64,000 bases of DNA from Acidobacteriota bacterium (GCA_963666055.2 CAXWPH010000006.1:224001-288000); one strand, 5' to 3'; positions 1 to 10,555 are shown, counted from the first letter of the stretch. Notes: a model not told the origin generated them from the letters alone. Translations and numbers: made by a program.

Positions 1-411
1 CCGATGCCTACACATGTTCCCCAAACATATGCAGACGGATGCATCAATCCCGGAGCTCTGAGCGTGAACGTTCATTACGCCGACCTCAACGTTCTTGGCG
101 GTTATTTCTACAGGCAGAGTCTCTATCCCCTCTGGATGGAGGAGCGTGCCCCGACGATCTACTTCGAAAGGTTCCTCCGGATCATCGATCGCTTCTTGGC
201 ATCGGCCGCCACACACTACGAGCTGCTTGGATACCAAGGTAGCGTACGGCTGACACTAGGTCTCACCTGCGAGAACTGGGCGCTTATGCCTTCTCCCGCC
301 CCTGACGGGCGGCTTCGATATCTTCTCGATAGAAAGATCTCTTATGAGGACACCATGTTCGTCGGCGCGTTACGCGAACGGAGCCGCTCATACTCCCTCT
401 ACCTCTTGTAG
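1..411 (+). CDS. C-terminal part of an unknown island protein, probably truncated by the window edge
   Basis: ORF is open from the window start with protein-like composition; no diagnostic motif recognised. Confidence 0.35.
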   Translation, partial: PMPTHVPQTYADGCINPGALSVNVHYADLNVLGGYFYRQSLYPLWMEERAPTIYFERFLRIIDRFLASAATHYELLGYQGSVRLTLGLTCENWALMPSPAPDGRLRYLLDRKISYEDTMFVGALRERSRSYSLYLL

Positions 412-438
412 AATCGAAGTCTGATCAAGCCAGGCCAA

Positions 439-2433
439 TTAGCTGAATTCTTTGAGCAGTCTTATTTCAACTCGGTCATCGCTATCGTTAAGCTCTCGGT
501 CAATCAGAGCAGCAAGAGCTTGTCGGACTTCTTCAGACTGAACGCAGAAGATGACTACACTCCATCCTTCTAGCAAATCTTTCCTTAGGTTAGAGATCTC
601 CTTCTGCAAAGAACCTTCCATAACAACTTCATAGGCAATCTTCTTATTGTGATTGATGATTCCCACGTCCACGCGTTTCGAGTCTAGGGAGAATTCAATC
701 CCGCCAATATCGCTCTTCTGCTTCATCTTCTTCAAAATTAGGTGCTGCCAGAAGCGATGTGCGATGCTGCCGTTTCCTGGCATTGGCTTGTAGGCGATGT
801 TCGCTGCATCTAGATACTCATATCCCTTTTCCATCGGAATGAGGATCTTCACTAAGCCGCCGCGAGTGCCTTTGTTTATGACCTCTTCACGGAGCAGCTC
901 AGCTTCTTTCAGGCGTTGCGCATACTTGGAGAATGTTGACTCCGAAATCCTCATCTGCCTGGCGTGATCTTGCTGAGTGGCAAAATAATCGAAAACGATA
1001 GTCTTGAGAATGCTAAGCATCTTGTCTGGCAGAATACCCTCTAAAGTGGACTTCGGTTCTGGTTCCTCTCTAATGGGAATTGGCTCCCACTGCATATTCT
1101 TGAGTATGAACTCCAGACGATTATCAACTTCCTCTTGGGGGAGTGGCTGTGGTTTAGCGAAGTCGTCCACTGCAAGAAGGAAAGCACGAGGATAATTTGG
1201 TAGCAGAGCAACTGATCTGCGTTGGTCCTGCTTGAACGAAAGCTCGGCAAGGAAGTCTCCTTGCTCTCTGGTTAACCCAACATCATGAGTGATTTGGTAC
1301 CTTGAAGGTCCATCACTTGTCTGAAATACAATTTTGCTCTGGCAGTTAGTTCTCACAACTTGGTGAATCAAACTATAAGTTTGATCTGCCAAGATACAAC
1401 CAATTCCTAGCTTTCTCCCTGTCCTAAGCAGCTCCAGAAAGAAACTCTCTCCAAGATCTGCTTTAGCTGTAAGTGCATCTTTAGTGATGAATTGGGATAG
1501 CTCATCAAATACAAAGACCATCTCAAGATTTCTATCTCTTTTATAAGATCTTGAGGCTTTGTGGAGAGTTATCATATGAGAAACAAAAAACTGCCTCACG
1601 TCTTTTGAAACATTCCAAAGATCATAGATTCTTGATTTTCCAGCAAGATCTTCAACACGCTCCCCTCTTACGCATTGAAATGTTTCTAGAGTTCTCACCA
1701 TAGTTGCGAATCTTTGCAAAGACCCTACTTCAGGCGAATTCTTCTTGTAGTTAGGGACTTTCTCAAAAGCCTCTACGAATATTGGTGGTGTTATTGGATC
1801 AACACCTTTCTCAATGAGATCTAGGCAGATAGTTCTAAATAACTCTATTGTTCTATCTCTCCACCACAGAGCTTCTCTCAAGTAATCGCACATTGGCCCG
1901 AGCACCCATGCTTTTTGAGACATAGAGCTAGGACCAGTAAAGGGATTGATTTTGCAATCCCTAACATCAAGGCATTCTAAATAGGCAGGAGGGAAAAGAG
2001 GAGCAAGCACATCTTGATATTCCCCCTGAGTATCAAAGATATGAACAGGAACTCCTAGCTCAAGAAGTTGCTCTACTATCTGAGTTATAAGAACACTTTT
2101 CCCTTGTCTTGGTGGACCTGAGATAAAGACGTTAAGAAGAAGAGCCTGAAGGGGAAGGCATACTTGGCCACCTGAAACTAGAGTGCCGAGGTGGATCTCT
2201 CCCTGAAGCAACTCAGGATCAGGATCAGGAAGAAAAGGATGGAGTCGAGAATCATCAAGCTGGATTAGTTTCATGAATCTGTTTTGAAGGAATTCGACTC
2301 TCTCTGTGTTTTGTCTTCGAACAGCAAACGCAATGGCTCTCTGAACGCCAAGAGCTGGCCATAATCCAGCTGCTTGAGCTAAGGCTCTGAGGGTCTCCTC
2401 TGTCTCTGCCCACTCTGCTGCCTGGCCTATCAC
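439..2433 (-). CDS. HerA/VirB4/DUF87-like P-loop ATPase fused to winged-helix and PD-(D/E)xK-like C-terminal domain
   Basis: 664 aa; Walker A GPPRQGKS, Walker B VFVFDE, RKLGIGCILADQ motif typical of HerA/FtsK/VirB4; HTH-like TQQDHARQMRISESTFSKYAQRLKEAELL; C-terminal RVDVG...IAYEV; visibly AT-richer than the host genes. Confidence 0.7.
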   Translation of the reverse strand: MIGQAAEWAETEETLRALAQAAGLWPALGVQRAIAFAVRRQNTERVEFLQNRFMKLIQLDDSRLHPFLPDPDPELLQGEIHLGTLVSGGQVCLPLQALLLNVFISGPPRQGKSVLITQIVEQLLELGVPVHIFDTQGEYQDVLAPLFPPAYLECLDVRDCKINPFTGPSSMSQKAWVLGPMCDYLREALWWRDRTIELFRTICLDLIEKGVDPITPPIFVEAFEKVPNYKKNSPEVGSLQRFATMVRTLETFQCVRGERVEDLAGKSRIYDLWNVSKDVRQFFVSHMITLHKASRSYKRDRNLEMVFVFDELSQFITKDALTAKADLGESFFLELLRTGRKLGIGCILADQTYSLIHQVVRTNCQSKIVFQTSDGPSRYQITHDVGLTREQGDFLAELSFKQDQRRSVALLPNYPRAFLLAVDDFAKPQPLPQEEVDNRLEFILKNMQWEPIPIREEPEPKSTLEGILPDKMLSILKTIVFDYFATQQDHARQMRISESTFSKYAQRLKEAELLREEVINKGTRGGLVKILIPMEKGYEYLDAANIAYKPMPGNGSIAHRFWQHLILKKMKQKSDIGGIEFSLDSKRVDVGIINHNKKIAYEVVMEGSLQKEISNLRKDLLEGWSVVIFCVQSEEVRQALAALIDRELNDSDDRVEIRLLKEFS

Positions 2434-2768
2434 TTCTTGAGGGCTCGCTGCACTTTCTGGAACAGCCAGTGGTCATGGCAGCAGAACTCTCCCCTCACCT
2501 GGGTTGAGTGTGGCCTGCAGATGATCCTTCCGCAGATGAAGCACTCTGTTGAGTGCTTCTCGCACAGCTCTCCATCGCACAAGCTGCACAGCGCTGCTAC
2601 GTCCTCGATCTTCTGGAGGACTCTGGAGCAGGTCGTGCACTTGGTTAACAGGATGAACTGGTCCTGGCTGGTCTCGTTCTCAATGGTCTGGGTCTCGATA
2701 ATTTTCTTGAGGCCAACCCAGAATTGCTTTCTTTTTCTCTCTTCGAGCAGGTTTGGAATCTCAAACAT
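2430..2768 (-). CDS. Small Cys/His-rich zinc-finger protein
   Basis: CTTC, CSLC, CEKH, CFIC, CRPH, CCHDH pairs; stop overlaps the ATPase start; GGAG upstream. Confidence 0.65.
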   Translation of the reverse strand: MFEIPNLLEERKRKQFWVGLKKIIETQTIENETSQDQFILLTKCTTCSRVLQKIEDVAALCSLCDGELCEKHSTECFICGRIICRPHSTQVRGEFCCHDHWLFQKVQRALKK

Positions 2769-2836
2769 CGTCTCCAGCTCCTTCTAAGGCAAAGGAAAAG
2801 GACCCCCAGGAAAGCTGGAGGCCCTCGTGACCGGAG

Positions 2837-2856
2837 AATGCGACAAAAATGCGACA
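2837..2856. repeat. AATGCGACA direct repeat at 11-bp period, putative integrase arm-type site
   Basis: Copies at 2837 and 2848, ~70 bp beyond the tRNA-Ile 3' end. Confidence 0.45.
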
Positions 2857-2925
2857 GCCCACAAGAAGCAGAAGCTAGATGAAACGCAAGAGCTTCTAAG
2901 TGGCTGTGAACAACGAAGTTGTAAG

Positions 2926-2999
2926 TGGGCCCTCCAGGACTCGAACCTGGGACAAACCGGTTATGAGCCGGCGGCTCTAACCAACTGAGCTAAGGGCCC
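2926..2999 (-). tRNA. tRNA with CAT anticodon, most likely tRNA-Ile2
   Basis: Reverse complement GGGCCCTTAGCTCAGTTGGTTAGAGC...CTCATAA...GGTTCGAGTCCTGGAGGGCCCA folds as a cloverleaf and resembles Ile2 rather than fMet. Confidence 0.9.
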
Positions 3000-3356
3000 T
3001 GCATGAGGGTGCTTGGCGGCAAGCCGGACTGACCGGAGGCCGAGCGCCTAACCTCATTCTAACTGGGTTCGGATGGCACGGCGGTCGACCTGCTTAGCTC
3101 CGCAATCCCTCTCCGTACTGGCTGATAGGCTCCGCAGCGTCGCCGGCCTGTCTTTGGCTAGGTGACCCCTACAGCGGCTACGCGGTGGAAAAGCGGATCG
3201 CATACAGCTATCTTCCCGCGACCCATGCACGGGTGGGAGGCAATGTCGAGATCGAGTACTTCGGCGAGCCGTACCCAGCGAGCGTCGCTGCCGAGCCACT
3301 GCTCGACCCTGACGGCGCACGGTTGAAGCGTTGAGACGCGAGGAGCACACGGCCTG

Positions 3357-4742
3357 GTGATTGCGACAAGCTTTCTGTTGTTCTTGTTTGGGTTCCTCGC
3401 CATCGGCATCTACTCGTCGACGCGTCGCAAGCAGACGACCGACGACTACCTGCTGGCCGGGCGCGAGGTCGGGCCATGGCTCGTCGCACTTTCGGCGGTT
3501 TCCACCGCCAACAGCGGCTTCATGTTCATCGGGCTCATCGGCGCCACGTATGCCTTCGGGCTATCGTCCATGTGGATCATGGTGGGCTGGGTGTTCGGCG
3601 ACTATCTGGCCTGGCGAACGATTCACAAGCCACTGCGAGAACGCAGCGAGCGCGTTGGCGCCAGCAGCGTCACACGGTTTCTCGGCACGTCAGAGACCGG
3701 GGAGCACCAGCGGGAAATCGTCTCGGTAGCGGCGCTCTCGAGCATGATCTTTCTGGGTACGTACGCGGGGGCACAGCTTACCGCCGGCAGCAAGGCGCTC
3801 TCGGTGCTATTCGGGTGGGACTACAGCGTCGGCATACTGTTGGGCGCGGCGATCGTGGTCACCTACTGCTTTGCGGGCGGCATTCGCGCCTCCATCTGGA
3901 CCGACGGTGCTCAGGCCACGGTGATGTTCGTGGCGATGTTCGTGTTGTTGGCGGTGGCGCTGACAGAGATCGGCGGCTTCGGCGAGATGTGGCGGCAACT
4001 CGCGGCGATCGATCCGACTTTGATCGACTGGAGACCGGCGAATCTACAGTACGGCTTCGCGCTATTTCTGATCAGCTGGGTAGCCGCCGGCATCGGCGTC
4101 CTGGGCCAGCCGCATGTGATGATCCGGCCGATGACGATCGATTCCAGCGACCACATCGCGCTGGCTCGACGCATCTACACCACGTACTACAGCCTGTTTT
4201 CCGCCGCCGCGATTACCGTCGGTCTCGCGGCGCGGGTTCTCCTTCCGGTGGTCGAAGAGTTCGATCCGGAGCTCGGGTTACCCTACCTTGCTCAGCTATT
4301 GCTGCCGGAGGTCATGGTGGGCTTCATCCTCGCTGGGGTGTTCGCAGCGACGATCTCAACGGCGGACTCGCTGATCCTCGCCTGCTCGGCAGCGCTGACC
4401 CAGGACCTGGCGCCGCGCTGGGGCTCTTCCTACGCGAAGGCGAAGCTGGGAACGCTGCTGGTCACCGCCGGTGTCGTGCTGTTCGTGTTTTCTGGCGGTC
4501 AGAGTGTGTTCGACCTGGTGGTTCTGTCATGGTCGGCGTTGGGCGGCACCCTGGGCCCCTTGCTGGCGCTGCGTGCCCTTGGCAAGCCGGTCAGCAATCG
4601 GCTGGGGATCACCATGATGGCAGTCGCCCTGGCGGTCATGCTGCTGTGGCGGGCTTTCGGCGATCCCGCTTCGATGTATGAGATTCTTCCGGGAATGCTG
4701 GCCGGCTTCTTGGTCTACGCGATCGGCCGCGCCCGTCAGTAG
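3357..4742 (+). CDS. putP: Sodium:solute symporter (PutP-like proline symporter)
   Basis: 461 aa polytopic membrane protein; DDYLLAGR, SIWTD, LGQPH, AATISTADS motifs of the SSS family. Confidence 0.8.
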   Translation: MIATSFLLFLFGFLAIGIYSSTRRKQTTDDYLLAGREVGPWLVALSAVSTANSGFMFIGLIGATYAFGLSSMWIMVGWVFGDYLAWRTIHKPLRERSERVGASSVTRFLGTSETGEHQREIVSVAALSSMIFLGTYAGAQLTAGSKALSVLFGWDYSVGILLGAAIVVTYCFAGGIRASIWTDGAQATVMFVAMFVLLAVALTEIGGFGEMWRQLAAIDPTLIDWRPANLQYGFALFLISWVAAGIGVLGQPHVMIRPMTIDSSDHIALARRIYTTYYSLFSAAAITVGLAARVLLPVVEEFDPELGLPYLAQLLLPEVMVGFILAGVFAATISTADSLILACSAALTQDLAPRWGSSYAKAKLGTLLVTAGVVLFVFSGGQSVFDLVVLSWSALGGTLGPLLALRALGKPVSNRLGITMMAVALAVMLLWRAFGDPASMYEILPGMLAGFLVYAIGRARQ

Positions 4743-4761
4743 CACCGCAGGGCAGGCCAAC

Positions 4762-6537
4762 CTAGCCGGATCTGAGCCGTTGTGCCAGCGCCTCTCTGCG
4801 ACGCTGCAGCTCTTCAACCTCGCCATCCCCGGACTGCAGAGCCGTCGCGATCTGCCTACCCAGGCTGCGAAACTCTCGCCGTAACGTGTCCCGGCGGATT
4901 CCTTCCGCACAGTTAACCGCATGCCCGTGGTCCCACTCCTCGCTATCGTCGAGCACCAGCCTCGTCAGCAGCTGCGCCGCTCCCTCGACTTCGCATCCCT
5001 CTAACAAATCCTCGACGCGCTCGGGTGCAGCACCCGCGGCAGCCAATGCACCCAGCAGCGCCTCCACGCGCGGGTCGGTGATCCCATCGCCGTAGATCGG
5101 TTGGAGCTCGGGCAACCAATCGGGATGGGTCAATAACGCGCGAGCCAGGTCACGTTCTGCGACCGGGACCTCGGCGAGCCGAGCGGCCGCCGAGGCGGCT
5201 GCCACAAGATGCTCGTCCGGGGGGCCGCCGCGCCGCTGGCGCGCACGCTGACGGAGCTCCGAGAAGCGACGCTCGACCAGATGGCGGGAGATTTCCAACG
5301 CGTCGCCGATGCGACCGATCCACTCGGCGCGCTCCACGCGGTCTTCGACGTCGAGCACGAAACCGAGCAACGAGGTGAGCGCCTGCGCCTTGCCCTGCGG
5401 GCTTCGCAGGTCGCCGCGGTCCGCTGCCCTGGCGACCAGGAAGCTGAGCGCCGGAAACGATCGCCGCAGCGCCTCCGACAAGCCCTCGGCGCCGCGTTCG
5501 CTCAGGAACGAGTCGGGGTCCTGCCCACTCGGCAACTGCACCACCGTGACCTGGAACCCGGCCGGCAGAAACACGCCGACCGTGCGCTCAGCGGCGGCGC
5601 GCCCGGCATTGTCGCCATCGAACACGATCACCGCCTTTGCGGTGTGCGACGACAGCGCCCGAGCGTGCTCCGCAGTGAACGCCGTGCCGAGCGGCGCGAC
5701 GACGTTGGTGAACCCGTGCTGGTCACAGGCGAGTAGGTCGAGCTGGCCTTCGACCAGCATGACGAACCCAGTCTGCCGGATACCGTCTCGCGCCTCGCGC
5801 AGGCCGTAGAGTGTCCGACTCTTGTTGAACACCGGCGTCTCGGGGGAGTTCAGGTACTTGGGCTCACCCTCCCCGAGCAGGCGGCCGCTGAAGGCGATGG
5901 GTCGGCCGCGGCTGTCGCTAATCGGAAACACCACCCGATCGCGTAGCAGGTCGTAGACGCCGCTACCATCGGCACGCTTGCGCACCAGGCCAGCCAGTTC
6001 CAGCTCTGCAATCGTGAAGCCGCGCTTCTCGAGCGCGTTCTGGAGCGTGCCCCAACCGCCGGGTGCGAAGCCGAGGCCGAATCTCGACACAACACCCTCT
6101 TCGACGCCCCGCCCGCTCAGGTAGGCGCGCGCCGCCGCACCCCGCTCGCCCTGAAGCTCGGCGACATAAAACTCCGCGGCAGCGCGCAAAGCCTGGAGGA
6201 TACGCTCTCGATCGACCTTGGGTCCCTGCTGATGGGGTCCACGGCTCGACTCGGGGATCGCAACTCCGCCCAGCTCCGCCAAGCTCCGCACCGCTTCGGC
6301 AAAGTCGATGCCCTCGTGCTGTTGCACGAACCTGAACAAATCGCCGCCCTCGCCGCAGCCGAAGCAGTGCCACAGGCCCTCGTCGTTCACCGTGAACGAC
6401 GGGGTCTTCTCCTGGTGGAAGGGACATAGCCCAACCCAGCGCGCACCGCGCTTCCTCAACGCCACCACCTCGCCGATCAGCCGCACCGGATCGGCGGAAC
6501 GTTTTACCTCGTCGATGAAGGAACGCGGCCAGGCCAT
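4762..6537 (-). CDS. dnaG: DNA primase
   Basis: CPFH...HCFGC zinc-binding domain, KYLNSPET, TOPRIM VEG and FDGD. Confidence 0.97.
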   Translation of the reverse strand: MAWPRSFIDEVKRSADPVRLIGEVVALRKRGARWVGLCPFHQEKTPSFTVNDEGLWHCFGCGEGGDLFRFVQQHEGIDFAEAVRSLAELGGVAIPESSRGPHQQGPKVDRERILQALRAAAEFYVAELQGERGAAARAYLSGRGVEEGVVSRFGLGFAPGGWGTLQNALEKRGFTIAELELAGLVRKRADGSGVYDLLRDRVVFPISDSRGRPIAFSGRLLGEGEPKYLNSPETPVFNKSRTLYGLREARDGIRQTGFVMLVEGQLDLLACDQHGFTNVVAPLGTAFTAEHARALSSHTAKAVIVFDGDNAGRAAAERTVGVFLPAGFQVTVVQLPSGQDPDSFLSERGAEGLSEALRRSFPALSFLVARAADRGDLRSPQGKAQALTSLLGFVLDVEDRVERAEWIGRIGDALEISRHLVERRFSELRQRARQRRGGPPDEHLVAAASAAARLAEVPVAERDLARALLTHPDWLPELQPIYGDGITDPRVEALLGALAAAGAAPERVEDLLEGCEVEGAAQLLTRLVLDDSEEWDHGHAVNCAEGIRRDTLRREFRSLGRQIATALQSGDGEVEELQRRREALAQRLRSG

Positions 6538-6539
6538 CC

Positions 6540-8957
6540 TCAGTCCTCGAGCCTAACCAGGGTTACCCCACCGCCACCACTCATCGGATCGGCGGTGGCG
6601 AAGCGGACCACGTCGGGGCGCCCGCCAAGGTAGCGGTGGATCGCGTCGCGCAGCCGCAGCTTGCCGAAGCCGTGGATCAAGCGCACTTCGGGCAACCCCG
6701 CGAGTACCGCGTCGTCGAGATATCTCTCAACCTCTGCGATCGCCTCCTCCACTCGTTTACCGTGCAGGTCGATCTCTGCACCCACATCGGGGCGCCGATG
6801 GTACGTCGGAGAACGCGGGCGCCGGCGCTTCCTGACCTGGGGTTCACGCGTGATCTGATCACGGCGAACGACCAGTCGCTTGCCGCCGACGCCAACCTCG
6901 ATCGCCGATGCGTCGTCGGTGTCCGGCGCCCACGCTCGGAGAACGGCACCGCCGAGATCGAAGGGCGCGACACGTACCGTCTCACCGCGCTTGAGGGCGC
7001 CCAGATCACGCTCGAGCTCGGTCGAGGCCGGAGCTGCGGTCCGCCGCTGGCCGCTCAGGCTCTCGCGTACCGAACGCCGAGCTTCAGCGTGTAGCTGGCC
7101 GGCGCTCGCCGCCCATCTCGCCCGGCGATCGGCACGCGCCCGCTCGGACCCCACTTCCGAACCTGTCTCGAGCTCCGCCAGCTTTCCCTCTCCGCGCCGC
7201 CGCAACGTTTCGACGGCCCGCTTTACCGCCTCATCGGCGTCGCGTTCGAAGGCATGCTGCGCCTTGACGCGCTCACCATCGAGGCGTTCCAGCCGCGCGC
7301 GCTCCTCAGCGAGCAGGGCGCGCTGCGCCGCCAGCTCGTCGCGCTCCCGTTCGATCGCGCGAGTGTCCGACTCCAGGTCTCGGATAACCGCGTCGAGCTG
7401 CACCGCACCCGACGTCAGCAGCCCCTTGGCCCGCTCGATGAGCGTCGCATCGACTCCGTGGCGCGCCGCGATCTCCAGCGCGTTGCTCCGGCCCGGCCTA
7501 CCCAGTCTGACGCGGTAGGTGGGGGCGAGGGTCTCGGAATCGAACTCCATCGCCGCGTTCAACACGTCGTCACGGCGGTGGGCGAACGACTTGAGGGCAT
7601 CGTGATGCGTCGACACCACGACCATTGCCCCAGCCTGCAAGAAATGTTCGACCAGCGCGATACCGAGCGCCGCGCCTTCCGCCGGATCGGTGCCGGTGCC
7701 GAGCTCGTCAAGCAACACGAGCGAGCCCACCGGACAGTCGCCCACGAAGTCCACGATATGGCGCAGGTGGCCGGAGAACGTTGAGAGGTTGGCGGTAACG
7801 CTCTGCTCATCGCCGATGTCCGCGTGAATACGCGGGAAGATCACCAGCCTGGCCTCGGTGGCCGGTACCGGCAGGCCGCTTTGCGCCATCGCCGCCAGCA
7901 GGCCGATGGTCTTGAGCGCCACGGTTTTTCCGCCCGTGTTGGGCCCCGTGATAACCAGCGCGCCGATTCCGGCCGGAATCTCCAAGTCCAACGGAACAAC
8001 GCTGCTGGATGCCAGCAGCGGGTGCCTCGCGCCCCGCAGCCTCAAGCCGCTGGCGGCCCATTGCGGTCGCACCGCGCACTCCGATTCGGCGTACCGCGCC
8101 GTCGCCTGCAGCGCATCGGCGGCAGCCACCGTTGCCTCGGCGACGATCAGCGCGTCGCGCGCCGCGCCCACGTGGGCGCTCGCTTCCGTCAGCAAGCGTC
8201 GAACCTCGGCGCGCTCCGCGGCGACGAGCTCGGCAATGCGATTCTGATCGTCCAGAACATCGAGCGGCTCCACGAAGATCGTCTGGCCAGACGACGAGGC
8301 GTCGTGCACGACGCCGGGCAGCCGATCGCGCTGGCTGGACCGCACCGGCACCACCATGCGACCGCCACGCTCGGTTACCAGCGCGTCCTGTAGCACATCG
8401 CCGAGATCCGGATCACGGGTCAGCTTCTCGAGGCGATGGCGCAGGTCGACGCGCCGCCCCTGGACTTGCCGTCGAACGCGCCGTAGCTCCGGCGAGGCAT
8501 CATCGCGGATTTGCCCTTCCGGGTCGATCAGTCGATCAATTTGGTCGCAGAGCGGACGCAGCGAGGGCGCCTGTCCGACGAGCGCTGCTAGGGCTGGCCA
8601 GCGCTCGGTATCCGCCCGATAGTGCTGGCGGAGCTCCGTACAGACCCTCGCCGTGGCGGCGACTCGCTGCAAGGCCGCCGGCTCGAGCACGACTCCCGCC
8701 GTCGCTACTGCGGCGAGCTCGGCATCGATCGGCGATGCGGCAGCCAGCGCGACGAAGCCACGCGCCGCAGCGAAGTCTCGCGCCTGCTCGACAGCATCGT
8801 GCCGGCGCTCGGCCTCCTCAACGTCCGAGCTCGGCTCGAGAGCGCGGATACGATCCGCGCCGAGGCTCGACTGAGCGTTGCCGGCGACCTGGTCGAGCAC
8901 CAAATCGAGCTCCAGGACCCGACGCGATGCTCCGGTGACTCCGCACTTGGACGCCAT
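6540..8957 (-). CDS. mutS2: MutS2 family protein with Smr domain
   Basis: ITGPNTGGKT, LSTFSGH, LLDELGTGTDP, C-terminal Smr IDLHG...IHGFG. Confidence 0.95.
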   Translation of the reverse strand: MASKCGVTGASRRVLELDLVLDQVAGNAQSSLGADRIRALEPSSDVEEAERRHDAVEQARDFAAARGFVALAAASPIDAELAAVATAGVVLEPAALQRVAATARVCTELRQHYRADTERWPALAALVGQAPSLRPLCDQIDRLIDPEGQIRDDASPELRRVRRQVQGRRVDLRHRLEKLTRDPDLGDVLQDALVTERGGRMVVPVRSSQRDRLPGVVHDASSSGQTIFVEPLDVLDDQNRIAELVAAERAEVRRLLTEASAHVGAARDALIVAEATVAAADALQATARYAESECAVRPQWAASGLRLRGARHPLLASSSVVPLDLEIPAGIGALVITGPNTGGKTVALKTIGLLAAMAQSGLPVPATEARLVIFPRIHADIGDEQSVTANLSTFSGHLRHIVDFVGDCPVGSLVLLDELGTGTDPAEGAALGIALVEHFLQAGAMVVVSTHHDALKSFAHRRDDVLNAAMEFDSETLAPTYRVRLGRPGRSNALEIAARHGVDATLIERAKGLLTSGAVQLDAVIRDLESDTRAIERERDELAAQRALLAEERARLERLDGERVKAQHAFERDADEAVKRAVETLRRRGEGKLAELETGSEVGSERARADRRARWAASAGQLHAEARRSVRESLSGQRRTAAPASTELERDLGALKRGETVRVAPFDLGGAVLRAWAPDTDDASAIEVGVGGKRLVVRRDQITREPQVRKRRRPRSPTYHRRPDVGAEIDLHGKRVEEAIAEVERYLDDAVLAGLPEVRLIHGFGKLRLRDAIHRYLGGRPDVVRFATADPMSGGGGVTLVRLED

Positions 8958-8963
8958 GACGGC

Positions 8964-9875
8964 TCACATCTCCGACCGCACACCGCCCGGGCCGAAGGCC
9001 AGCCAGGAGCCCGCCACGCCGGTGGCGGTTCCCCCGACGACCAGCGCCAACGTCCAGGCAGCGCCCAGAAACCGTAGCGGCAACGCGGCCAGAAACCCCA
9101 ACGACTCCCGGTCCAGATACGACAGCCCGACGCTGTAAACGATGTACAGGACGACTACCGAGGCAACACCGGCGATCAAGCCCTGTAGGGCTCCCTCCAC
9201 CAGGAAGCGGCCGACTACGATCGATTCCGAGGCGCCCACCAGGCGCATCGTCTCGATCTCTCTCCGCCGTGTAACGACGAGAGCACGGATCACGTTCGCT
9301 GTCGTAACAACCGCCGCCATCAGCACGGTGCCTCCCAGCAGCATCCCGACGAACCGCAGCGCGCGCACGCCGAGCTCGAGGCGACCGATGATCTGCAGGT
9401 CGTATTGCACCCCTTCTACCGTCGGCAGGTCAGCAAGCTGTTCGGAGAGTCGTTCAAGCACGCGCTCGCTGCGCATGGCGGGCACGATGGTCACCGTGTA
9501 CGATGCCGGCAGCGGATTGTCCTCCAGAAGCCCGAGAACTTCGCCCAATTCAGCGAAGTCGGCGCGGAACAGCTCCGCCGCGTCGTCTGAACTGACGTAG
9601 TGGAACTCTTCGACAGCGGGCGTCTCCCGCAGCTCGGTCTCAATGCGCGTTCGATCAGCATCGTCCGCTTCCGGCAGCATGAACACCTGCAGCTGTCCTC
9701 GCTCGCGCCAGCTCACCAGCACATCGTTCAGGTTCTCCGAAACCAAGACGAACGCCCCGAGGACAGTGAGCGATACGATCATCACGACAACAGCCGGGGC
9801 CACCACGTTACGGTGGAACCACAGGCTGCGGGCGGCTTCCTCGCAGCAGAGGCCAATGTAGTGCTGGAGGTTCAC
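8964..9875 (-). CDS. ftsX: Cell division ABC permease FtsX
   Basis: NPLPAS, RRREIETMRLVGA; adjacent to ftsE. Confidence 0.93.
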   Translation of the reverse strand: MNLQHYIGLCCEEAARSLWFHRNVVAPAVVVMIVSLTVLGAFVLVSENLNDVLVSWRERGQLQVFMLPEADDADRTRIETELRETPAVEEFHYVSSDDAAELFRADFAELGEVLGLLEDNPLPASYTVTIVPAMRSERVLERLSEQLADLPTVEGVQYDLQIIGRLELGVRALRFVGMLLGGTVLMAAVVTTANVIRALVVTRRREIETMRLVGASESIVVGRFLVEGALQGLIAGVASVVVLYIVYSVGLSYLDRESLGFLAALPLRFLGAAWTLALVVGGTATGVAGSWLAFGPGGVRSEM

Positions 9876-9877
9876 GT

Positions 9878-10555
9878 TCAGCCCGCGGCGGCGTGGCGGC
9901 GATCGAGGGAGCGCAATCGCCCCTGCTCGATGAGCAAGGTGCGCCGGCCCAGTGCGGCGATCATGTCCGGATCATGCGTTGCCAGCACAACGGTCGTGCC
10001 GCGACGGTTGATGGCCCGAAAAATGCGCAGCATATCGATCGCCGTATCCGGATCCAGGTTGCCAGTAGGCTCGTCGGCCAACAGCAGCGCCGGCGCCGAC
10101 ATCAGTGCTCGAGACAACCCGACGCGCTGCTGCTCGCCGGCAGACAGCTGGGCCGGATAGAGATCGGCCCGGTGCTCGAGACCCGTGAGCTTCAAGAGCT
10201 CCACCGCGCGCCGCCCAGCCTCGCCGCGCGACAGACCCAACACACGGCCTACGAAGGCGACATTCTCCACCGCGCTGCGATCCTCGATCAGGCGCGCATC
10301 CTGGAACACGAGCCCGATACGTCGTCGGAACGGTGGCACTTCGCGGCGCTTGAGGCTGGCGACATTACGCCCGTCAACGAGCAGCTGACCGCTCGTTGGC
10401 AGCTCCGCGCGGTACAACAGACGGAGCAACGTTGTCTTACCGGCACCGCTGGCCCCAGTGAGGAACACGAACTCACCTGGCCGAATCTGCACGCTGACGT
10501 CGCGCAGCGCGGTGACGCTGCCGTAGCGCTTGGTAACGTGGAACGCGCGGATCAT
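9878..10555 (-). CDS. ftsE: Cell division ABC ATPase FtsE
   Basis: GASGAGKT, LSAGEQQR, LLADEPTGNLD; operonic with ftsX. Confidence 0.93.
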   Translation of the reverse strand: MIRAFHVTKRYGSVTALRDVSVQIRPGEFVFLTGASGAGKTTLLRLLYRAELPTSGQLLVDGRNVASLKRREVPPFRRRIGLVFQDARLIEDRSAVENVAFVGRVLGLSRGEAGRRAVELLKLTGLEHRADLYPAQLSAGEQQRVGLSRALMSAPALLLADEPTGNLDPDTAIDMLRIFRAINRRGTTVVLATHDPDMIAALGRRTLLIEQGRLRSLDRRHAAAG

